Below are positions 19,135 through 27,419 of a stretch of 64,000 nt of DNA, piece after piece. The translations under genes were made by a program, and so were the position numbers. The first letter of the stretch is position 1. The number at the start of each line of letters is the position of its first letter. Under the pieces are notes generated by a model. That model saw only the letters and a program-made list of their open reading frames with translations, was not told the DNA's origin and searched no databases. The DNA comes from Ostreococcus lucimarinus (Eukaryota): assembly GCA_000092065.1 (NCBI GenBank), contig CP000593.1. The stretch is one strand, 5' to 3'.

Positions 19135-19185
19135 GATCGAATCGAATCGAATCGAATCGAATCGAATCGAATCGCGACGGAAACG
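19135..19185. repeat. (GAATC)n pentanucleotide microsatellite, about 9-10 units
   Basis: Reads ggatcgaatcgaatcgaatcgaatcgaatcgaatcgaatcgc, and is preceded by (ggaaa)n-like ggaaaggaaaggaaagg at about 19117-19133. Confidence 0.9.
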
Positions 19186-19566
19186 CGACGAAAGGGCGAC
19201 GAAAGGTCGACCGCGGCGATGGTGCGAGCGACGGGGCGCGCGCGCGCGGAACGCGGGACGCGGGAGGCGCGCGCGCGACGGCGAGAGTCGAGCGAGGGTG
19301 GTTCGCGGGACGAGGACGCGGCGACGACGACGGCGACGACGAGCGGACGCGAGACGGGCGCGCGCGAGACGGAAACGGCGGCGCGAACGCGCGAGGGGAA
19401 TGACGAAGAGGGACGGGCGGGCGTCGAGGGCGAGGAGACGGCGGGACGCGATGGGGAGGAGGAGGGACGCGGCGGCGACGGAGACGCGAGGGAGGGAGAC
19501 GCGCTCACGGGGGAGGAGTTGGACGTGTTGAAGGCGAACACGACGGGCACGAAGCACGTTCGAGGG

Positions 19567-21147
19567 ATGGGGATGAATGGACACGTCATGCTCGAGGCGA
19601 CGACGTCGAGCGGTGACGGGAGGGGCGGAGATCAGCCGCCGGCAAAGGCGCGGAAAATCGTCGCCGCGCCGAAAGGGTTGGGACCGCACGCGATGAAGAA
19701 TGTGCCTTCGAGCGTGTTGGACGAGTCGGAGAGGAAATTGAGACGACCGAAGGTGCAAACGCACGAGGTGTATGGATTACTGCGGGCGCATTACGATTTA
19801 GGCGACATCGACCGCGAATCTTTGAAGGAGCTTCCGTCGTACGACGATAAGAATTGGTACTTTTGCGCGTACACGGACGATCCCAAGACGGGCGAGAAGG
19901 TCAAGCACGAGTACGTCGCCAAGGTACACAACGGTATGGACTCCTCTGGAGTCAGTCGCGGCGTACTCGCGGCGCAAGAGCGTATCATAGGGTACCTCGC
20001 CGCGCACGGCGTCGAGGTTCCAAACGTCGTCAAGTCGAAACTCGCGATGTACACCACGCCTGGTCCGAACGGGACGGTGAATCTCGTCTCCGAGGGCACG
20101 CCCGGCGCGAAGCGCGAGTTTTGCACGCGCGTGACGTTTCTCGCCAGCAACCAAGTCGCGCACACCATGCGCGTGTTGACGTATGTGCGAGGCAAAACCA
20201 TCGTGCAGGTGCCGATGCCGCACTCGATCGACTTTGTGCGAAGGAGCGGCTTATTCGTCGGACAAGTGTGCCACGCGTTGTCCAAGTGGCCTACGCCGAA
20301 AGAGATGGAAATCCAGCAGGATCGGCGCGAACTGGGAGACGCCGTTACGCTGCCTTACGTAGAGCAGCACGCGATGTGCTGGAAGGTGCTCACAAGTCGC
20401 TCGCGCTTGTGGGATCTTCGCTTCTTCATGGACGTGCAGCACTTCATGACGGATCTCATCATGCGCGAACTCTTCGAAGACGAAACGCGCATCATGATGT
20501 GCAACACCGTCTTCAACGCCTTCAAACACTTGGTGCTTCCGGTGGCGGACAAACTTCGCATCGGCATCTTGCACAACGACTTGAACGAGCAAAACATCAT
20601 CGCGTTGGAATCAGGGCCAGATCCCGTCAAGTTTCCAGCGAATGTAAAGTTTGCTGCGATTGATTTTGGAGACGTCGTCGTGTCGTGGCGCGTAAACGAA
20701 ATTGCCGTCGCGTGCGCGTACTGCGCTCTGGACAAGGAAGACCCCGTGCACGACATGTCGATGATGCTGGCGGGGATTCAATCCGTCTATCCGCTCACGC
20801 CGCTCGAGATGCGCGTCTTGCCGTGTCTCATCGCCGCTCGTTTGGTCACGTCGCTCATCATGGGCATGTACTCGTACCATATGCAAATTGTGGGTGAACA
20901 AAACGATCACGCGTCTGACGCCGCCGCCGGGCAAGCGAACTCGAACGCGGACCCGAGCGGCGAACCAGCCAGCGCGGATACGCCGAGGGGCAACGTGTAC
21001 GTACTCACGACTCAAAAATCTGCTTGGACTGCGCTGACTCGCATCTTAACCGTCGGCGCGGAGACGATGTTCAAGAGATTCATCATCGATGCCTACTCTG
21101 AAGGGTCGAGCGTCGTCGTCCCGCAAGCGGCTGGGTATCCCGCCTAG
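19567..21147 (+). CDS. Aminoglycoside-phosphotransferase-fold (APH) kinase, hydroxylysine-kinase/AGPHD1-like
   Basis: Catalytic loop ILHNDLNEQNII matches H-x-D-x4-N of APH-family kinases (IIHGDLNEQNIL in hydroxylysine kinase). A downstream DFGD metal-binding motif is present (AIDFGDVVVS). The ORF-track ORF opens with TTG at 18937 and has an R/E/G-rich N-terminus. The first ATG after the low-complexity region is 19567. Confidence 0.7.
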   Translation: MGMNGHVMLEATTSSGDGRGGDQPPAKARKIVAAPKGLGPHAMKNVPSSVLDESERKLRRPKVQTHEVYGLLRAHYDLGDIDRESLKELPSYDDKNWYFCAYTDDPKTGEKVKHEYVAKVHNGMDSSGVSRGVLAAQERIIGYLAAHGVEVPNVVKSKLAMYTTPGPNGTVNLVSEGTPGAKREFCTRVTFLASNQVAHTMRVLTYVRGKTIVQVPMPHSIDFVRRSGLFVGQVCHALSKWPTPKEMEIQQDRRELGDAVTLPYVEQHAMCWKVLTSRSRLWDLRFFMDVQHFMTDLIMRELFEDETRIMMCNTVFNAFKHLVLPVADKLRIGILHNDLNEQNIIALESGPDPVKFPANVKFAAIDFGDVVVSWRVNEIAVACAYCALDKEDPVHDMSMMLAGIQSVYPLTPLEMRVLPCLIAARLVTSLIMGMYSYHMQIVGEQNDHASDAAAGQANSNADPSGEPASADTPRGNVYVLTTQKSAWTALTRILTVGAETMFKRFIIDAYSEGSSVVVPQAAGYPA

Positions 21148-21312
21148 ACGGTTCGCGCGGACGCCGCGATCGCGACGTATGAGGACGACGAGTCGATGAT
21201 GCGCGCGAAAAACTAATAAATGATAACATTTAATGTGCAACAGTTTCGTATACTTGTAGTCTTATTAAAAAATCCGTTCAATGATGGAGCGCCGGGACGA
21301 CGTGAGACGCAG

Positions 21313-22146
21313 TTAAACCTCGAGCGCGCCGACCAACTCCGCATCGTTGTTGATGGGGTTCTTCGGCTCGAGCTTGACGAGTTCGATCGGCTTCTTGCCC
21401 GTTCCATTCGTCGCCGTCTTATCGCAACCCTTTTCCAAGAGCGCCTTGACCGCGAACGGCTTGCCGTACCCGCACGCGTAGTGCAGAGGCGTGTTCTTCT
21501 TCTCATCCGTCGCCGTCAAATCCGCGCCGGCTTCGAGCAAGAGATTGAAGATTTCTTCCCCGGCGTCTCCTTTGCCGAACGCGATGGCGTAGTGAATGGG
21601 CGTTCGCGAGGACGAATCGCGCGCGTTGATATCCTTGCCGACGGCGATGAAGTCTTCCACCGCCTCGACGTCGCCGTATCGCGCGGCGTCGTGCAACGTC
21701 TCAACCTCGGGCGCTTGCACCGCCGCCGGCGCCGCGGCCGCTTCCGGCGGTGCGATCCCTCCCGCCGCGGCGCGAATCGCATCCTCCCCACCCAACGCGT
21801 CGTTCAATCGCTGCAAGAAATCCTGATCGTTCGCCCACTTCATCATCGCCCCCGGTCCGTTTTTCCTCAAATCGTCAAAGAAATCCGCGAACGCGGGATC
21901 ATCCTTCAAACTTGCGATCCTCTTTTGCATGTCGGGATTCGCCACCATGTTATTCATCGCCTGCATCTGCTGCTGCACCATCGGATTCGACATCATGCCT
22001 TGCATCTGCGCCATCTGCGCCTTCACCTTTTTCGCCGTCTCGGGATCCTTCATCGCCTCCGCGTACGCCTTTTGCATCTCCGCCATCTTCTTCGGGTCCA
22101 TGTTCGGCGGCATCCCCGGCATCCCTCCTCCCGGCGGCAGCATCAT
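21313..22146 (-). CDS. AKR2-like protein: STI1/DP-type Met/Gln-rich helical domain plus C-terminal ankyrin repeats
   Basis: N-terminus is MMLPPGGGMPGMPPNMDPKKMAEMQKAYAEAMKDPETAKKVKAQMAQMQGMMSNPMVQQQMQAMNNMVANPDMQ (STI1-like). The C-terminus has 3-4 ankyrin repeats (TPIHYAIAFGKGDAGEEIFNLLLEAGADLTATDEKKNTPLHYACGYGKPFAVKALLEKG). This domain order matches plant AKR2 chaperones. ATG is the complement of 22144-22146. Confidence 0.7.
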   Translation of the reverse strand: MMLPPGGGMPGMPPNMDPKKMAEMQKAYAEAMKDPETAKKVKAQMAQMQGMMSNPMVQQQMQAMNNMVANPDMQKRIASLKDDPAFADFFDDLRKNGPGAMMKWANDQDFLQRLNDALGGEDAIRAAAGGIAPPEAAAAPAAVQAPEVETLHDAARYGDVEAVEDFIAVGKDINARDSSSRTPIHYAIAFGKGDAGEEIFNLLLEAGADLTATDEKKNTPLHYACGYGKPFAVKALLEKGCDKTATNGTGKKPIELVKLEPKNPINNDAELVGALEV

Positions 22147-22679
22147 TCGCACCGCCGCGCGTCCCCGTCGCGTCGTCGTCGCGCGCCCCGTCGCCGCGCC
22201 CCAGCCAGGGTTGCGCGTCGACGTCGTCCCGCCCATCGCGCGCCGTCCGCCGAGCGCCGTCGCGCGCGTCGCGCGCGTCGCGCCGGTCGTCGCCATCGCC
22301 ATCGCCATCGTTCGCGCGCGCGCGATTCGCTCGCTCGCGCGTCGCGCCGCGCCGCGGTCTCGCGCGCCGCCTCGTCGCGCGCGCGGCGCGACGGCGATCG
22401 ACGCGCGATGGGATGCGCGATCGGATGCGCGATCGCGCGACCCTCGAGCCGAGGTTCGATTCGCCGAGACGAACCTCGCCCGAGGGTCGACGCGACGATC
22501 GACGTCGCGCGCGTCGATCGCGTCGACGCGCGTCGCAAAGCGATCGACGCGCGCGGTCACTTTCACGCGCGGTCGCGCCCGTCGCGCTCGACGCCGACAC
22601 GACGCCGCGGAGCTCGCGCGCGCGCGACGCGCTGCGCACGCTCGGACGCGCGACGCGCGTCGACGCGCGCGCGCGCGCG
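22147..22679. promoter_or_regulatory. Putative bidirectional promoter between AKR2-like (-) and PreP (+)
   Basis: Head-to-head gene arrangement with about 530 bp between them. Positional inference only. Confidence 0.25.
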
Positions 22680-22696
22680 ATGGATGCGCGCGCGAT

Positions 22697-22730
<34 letters not shown>

Positions 22731-22797
22731 GCGCGATGGACGGCGACGCGGGCGCGGCGAAGCGCGAACGCGAAGTGCGGCGCGCGACGAGGATTCG

Positions 22798-22837
<40 letters not shown>

Positions 22838-25823
22838 GGCGATCGCGAACGAAGCGAACGAGACGAGGGTGGATTATAAATCCATGCGCGCGCCGACGAC
22901 GACGCACGGGTTTAGGCTCGTCAGGGAGGATTACATCGCGGAGTACGACGCGAAGGCGTTCTTGTTTAAGCACGAAAAAACCGGCGCGGAGGTGATGTCG
23001 TTGAGCAATGAGGATGAGAATAAAACGTTCGGGGTGACGTTTCGAACGCCGCCGAGTAACTCGACGGGGATACCGCACATTTTGGAACACTCGGTGCTGT
23101 GCGGGTCGAGAAAGTATCCGATCAAGGAACCGTTCGTGGAGTTGATCAAGGGGTCGTTGAACACGTTTTTGAACGCGATGACGTGGCCCGATAAGACGGC
23201 GTATCCGGTGGCGTCGTGTAACTTGCAAGATTTCAGAAACTTGACGGACGTGTACCTGGACGCGGTGTTTCATCCGCGGTGCATCTCGAACGAAAAGACG
23301 TTTGAGCAAGAGGGGTGGCACTACGAGCTCGACGACGCGAGCGGGCCGATGACATTCAAGGGGGTGGTTTTCAACGAGATGAAGGGGGTGTATTCATCGC
23401 CGGATTCCGTGCTCGCGCGCGAGTGCCAGCAAGCGCTTTTTCCAGACAACACGTACGGCGTGGACTCGGGCGGCGACCCCACGGTGATTCCCGAGTTGAC
23501 GTTTGCCGAGTTTAAGGAATTCCACGCCAAGTTTTATCACCCGAGCAACTCGCGCATGTGGTTTTACGGCGACGACGACGTGGAGGAGCGCTTGAAAATT
23601 TTGGCGTCTTTCCTTGACGAGTTCGATCGTCGCGAAGTGGACAGCACGATCGCTACTCAAAAGTTTTTCACCGAGCCTCGACGCGTCGTCAAGACGTACT
23701 CCACGGGCGAGGGCGAGGACGCTCAAAAGTCCTTCGTCCAAGTCAACTGGTTGCTCAGCGAAGAGCCGTTCGATCCCGAAACTGGCCTCGCCGTTGGTTT
23801 CTTGGACCATTTATTGATGGGTTCGCAATCTGCACCGCTTCGCTTGGCGCTCGAAGAGTCTGGTCTCGGTGAAGCCATCGTCGGCTACGGATTGGAGGAC
23901 GAGCTCCGCCAGCCGACGTACGCGCTCGGCTTGCGAGGCGTGGCGCAAGAAGACATCCCAAAGGTTGAAAAGCTGATTCACGACACCATCGCCGCGATCG
24001 CGGAGGAAGGTTTCTCGAACGAAGCGATCGAAGCGGCGATTAACTCGATCGAATTCAGCTTGCGCGAAAACAACACTGGTCGGTTCCCGCGAGGTTTGTC
24101 GCTCATGTTCCGCTCGATGAGCACGTGGCTGTACGAGGGCGATCCTTTCGAGCCGCTGCGATTCGAAGAACCGCTCGCGAAGCTTAAGGCTAGAATCGCC
24201 GCCGGCGATATCTTCCGTCCTCTGATGCGTCGATTGCTCATCGAAAACACGCACCAAGTCACCGTCGAACTCAACCCGGATTCCACGCTCGCCGAAAAAG
24301 AGGCGGCGGAGGAACAGAGTAAGCTGGACGCTAAGCGCGCGAGCATGACCCCGGAAGAGCTCGAAAAGATGGTGCAAGCGACGAAAGAGCTCAAGGAGCT
24401 CCAAGAGACGTCCGATTCTCCCGAAGCGCTCGCTTGCGTGCCCACGCTCGCCATCAGCGACATCCCGAAGGAGGCCAAGGGCATCCCCACGGATATCTCC
24501 GCCGTCGGCGCCACCAAGGTGTTAACGCACGACTTGTTCACGAACGATATCTTGTATGCCGAGCACTTGCTCGACCTGAAGACGGTGCCGGCACACTTGT
24601 TGCCGCTCATCCCGCTGTGGACTCGCGCTCTCGGTCGCATGGGCACCAAGACGAAATCTTTCATCGAATTCGATCAGCTCATCAGCGCGCAAACGGGCGG
24701 CATTTCCGTGTCTCCGTTTACGTCTGGCATGCGCGACTCGGATGAGATGGCAGCCTTCATGGTCGTTCGCGGTAAAGCCACGAGCGACAAAGTTGGCGTG
24801 ATGCACGAACTCATGTCCGAACTCATGCTCGAGGCGAAGTTTGACGACAAGAACATCTTCAAGCAACTCGTGCTTGAGACGCGCGCGGGGATGGAATCTC
24901 GCGTGCAAGGCTCGGGCCACAGCGTCGCCGCCGGTCGCCTTGATGCCCAAGACTCGGTCGCGGGCTGGGTGAGCGAACAGATGGGGGGGTTGGCGCAGCT
25001 CGATTACCTTCGTGAGCTCGTGAAGCGCGTCGACAACGACTGGGACGGCGTGTTGGCGGATCTTTACACGATTTCGGCGTGCCTGAACAACCGCGCTGGA
25101 AGCGTCACCAACTTGACGGCGGATGCAAAGACGCTGGATCTCTCCATGCCTTCGGTCGAGGCGTTCTTGAACTCTTTACCCGCCACGGGCGCTGGCAAGT
25201 CTGAACAATGGACCGGGATCAACGCCAAGCAAAACGAAATCCTCACCGTCCCGACGCAAGTCAACTACGTCGGCAAGGCGGCCAACTTGTACAAGGCGGG
25301 GTACGAACTTCACGGAAGCTCTTACGTCATCAACAAATTGCTCGGCACGACGTGGTTGTGGGATCGCGTGCGCGTTTCCGGCGGTGCTTACGGCGGCTTC
25401 AGCGATTTCGACTCGCACAGCGGTATGTTCACCTACCTCTCCTACCGCGATCCGAACTTGTTGAAGACGCTCGACAACTACGACGCCACCGTTGACTTTT
25501 TGCGCAACCTCGAAATCGGCAAGGAGGAGCTCACGAAGAGCATCATCGGTACCATCGGCGACGTCGACTCGTACCAACTTCCCGACTCAAAGGGTTACAC
25601 CGCGTTGATGCGACACTTGCTCAAGGTGACGGACGAAGAGCGTCAAGAGCGTCGTGATCAAATTTTGGGCACGACGCAAAAGGACTTCAAGGACTTCGCC
25701 GACGCGCTCGAAACCGTGCGTGGCGCCGACGCGACGAGCGTCAGCGTCGCCTCGGTCGAGGCGGCGAAGACCGCCGTCGCCGAACGACCGGATCTCAACT
25801 TTGTCGTCAAGAGCGTTATGTGA
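22680..25823 (+). CDS. PREP: Presequence protease PreP (pitrilysin-family M16C zinc metalloprotease) with a poly-Thr-containing N-terminal transit-peptide-like region
   Basis: Inverted zinc-binding motif HILEHSVLCGSRKYP (HxxEH) is followed by ...FVELIKGSLNTFLNAMTWPDKTAYPVAS... There are four M16 domains over about 1000 aa. In-frame ATGs at 22680 (MDARAMTTTTTT...) and 22884 (MRAPTTTHGFRL...) are candidate starts. The ORF-track extension from 21750 is low-complexity and antisense to the AKR2-like gene. Confidence 0.9.
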
Positions 25824-25941
25824 GAGCGTTTAGATAATCTACAACTCAACCTATAGTAGCCGCAATCTAAAGAGAAAAAATGAATTTAATCCGACGAGCC
25901 GTCATCCACAATGCGACGCGTCGGCGTCGGCGGCTCCGCGA

Positions 25942-26616
25942 TCAACATCCGCCCACCGCGATCTGCCCCTCGATGTCCAGCGTCGGGTTCTGACACAGCT
26001 TTCGCGCGTCGCTCAATGACAACAGCGCGCCCTCGAACTCCGCGCCCTCCACGTTCGCCCATCGTCCATCCTCGCCCTTGCCGAAGCTCGCGTTCGACAG
26101 CAGCGCGTTCGCGAAATTCGCCCCTCTCAAATCCGACCCATCGAATCGCGCCTCGTACGCGTTCGCGCTCGCAAAGTTCACCCCGCGCAGATTCGAATTT
26201 CGCGCCGACGTCCGGCTCATCTCCGTCTCAGAGGCGTCGGCGTTTTCAAAATTCGTCCCGTCCATGACGACGCCGGAAAGAATTTTCCCTCGCAGCTGCT
26301 TCCCCGAGTAATCGCACCCCGTAAGCGTGAGCACCGCCTCCGGCAGCGCGCCCGTGGACACCTCGAGAGAAAACTTCGCGCGCACGTCCGAGAACGCGTC
26401 GAGCGCGCGCAGCGTGCATCCCTCGGGCGTGGAGATCGTCGGCGGTGGTTTCTGACCCACCGAGGCGACCGCGTCGGCGTCGAGCGGCGACGTCGCGAGC
26501 GCGAGCGAGAGCGCGACCGCGGCGACGCGCGAATGCGCGGGCGTCGTCGTCGCGCGCGTCGTCGCGCGCGCGCTCGGCGCGAACGGCGCCGCGCGGGCGA
26601 AGGCGACGCGCGTCAT
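25942..26616 (-). CDS. Pentapeptide-repeat protein (thylakoid-lumen TL15/TL17-like) with an N-terminal targeting peptide
   Basis: ATG is the complement of 26614-26616. Tandem pentapeptide repeats (A[DN]LxG/A(N/D)FxN) read LRGVNFASANAYEARFDGSDLRGANFANALLSNASFG. The Ala/Arg/Thr-rich N-terminus has a hydrophobic stretch (AAVALSLALATSPLDADA) resembling a lumenal targeting domain. Confidence 0.8.
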   Translation of the reverse strand: MTRVAFARAAPFAPSARATTRATTTPAHSRVAAVALSLALATSPLDADAVASVGQKPPPTISTPEGCTLRALDAFSDVRAKFSLEVSTGALPEAVLTLTGCDYSGKQLRGKILSGVVMDGTNFENADASETEMSRTSARNSNLRGVNFASANAYEARFDGSDLRGANFANALLSNASFGKGEDGRWANVEGAEFEGALLSLSDARKLCQNPTLDIEGQIAVGGC

Positions 26617-26720
26617 GATGCGGCGTCGAGTCTGTCTAGTCGGCGTCTTCGCTACAAACGCGTCGTTCGTCGCCGGTCGTCGCTCATCGCGCCGCGGATT
26701 TCTCCGTCGAAGATTCCCTC

Positions 26721-26766
26721 TTCTTCTCCTTCTTCTCCTTCTTCTCCTTCTTCTCCTTCTTCGCCT
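26721..26766. repeat. 9-bp tandem repeat (ctccttctt)n, about 5 units, encoding (KEKKEKKEK)n on the minus strand
   Basis: Direct reading gives ctccttcttctccttcttctccttcttctccttcttc. Confidence 0.85.
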
Positions 26767-27419
26767 TCTTTTCTTTCGCCGCGCTCGGCGACGCGTCGTT
26801 CTCGTCGTCGTCGCCGCGCGCCTCGAAACCGTCGTCGCTCGCCTCTAATCTTCGCGTCAGCGTCAGTTCCCGCGCGATCCCGACGCTCGACGCCGTCAAC
26901 AGCGACGCATTATTTTCATCGCCATCGCTCGCGTCCGCGACGTCGTACGCGCGCGCGATCGTTCTCCCGAAATCTCCGAGTCTGTATTCGCTCGTCGTCG
27001 CCGCGTCGTCCCGCCGTCCCCCGCGCGTCGTCGTCGTCGTCATCACCAGCCCGTCCACGTCCGCCAGCCTGACGTCTCCCGGCACGCGCACGAGCACCAA
27101 ACTCGACTCGATTCTTTCGTCGTCGTCGTCTTCCGCGTCGTCGTCGCGCGTCGTCACGACGCGATGTCGCCCCGGGACGTCCGCGGCGGCGGCGCGAATT
27201 CCTTCGTACGTCGCGTCGTACATCGCGCGCGCGCGCGCGTCCACGAGCGCGCCGATCGTCGTCGTCGTCCCTCGCGTCGTCGTCGTCATCGCGCGTCGTC
27301 GCGTCGTCGCGTCGTCGTCCGCGTCGTCGTGTGACGATTCGACGCCGCATTCGTCACACGGCGACGCGATGCGCGCGCGCGCGCGATCGAGGCGCGCGAG
27401 GCGCGCGCGCGCGCTCGCG

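Noticed and set aside
22680-22880. Poly-Thr/(gacgac)n tract (about 22690-22850) as a possible independent repeat element or transposon remnant.
   Set aside because: It is in frame with and immediately upstream of the PreP mature domain. It reads as a Thr/Ala/Arg-rich transit-peptide-like presequence, and as Asp/Arg-rich on the opposite strand. It is a coding low-complexity microsatellite, not a mobile element.
26684-27289. 201-aa minus-strand ORF with a (KEKKEKK)n tail between the pentapeptide-repeat gene and the EMC1-like gene.
   Set aside because: It is listed only at very low confidence. The acidic/Thr-rich body and repeat-encoded lysine tail could be a real small disordered protein. It has no recognisable domain and sits exactly where the divergent promoters of its neighbours should be.
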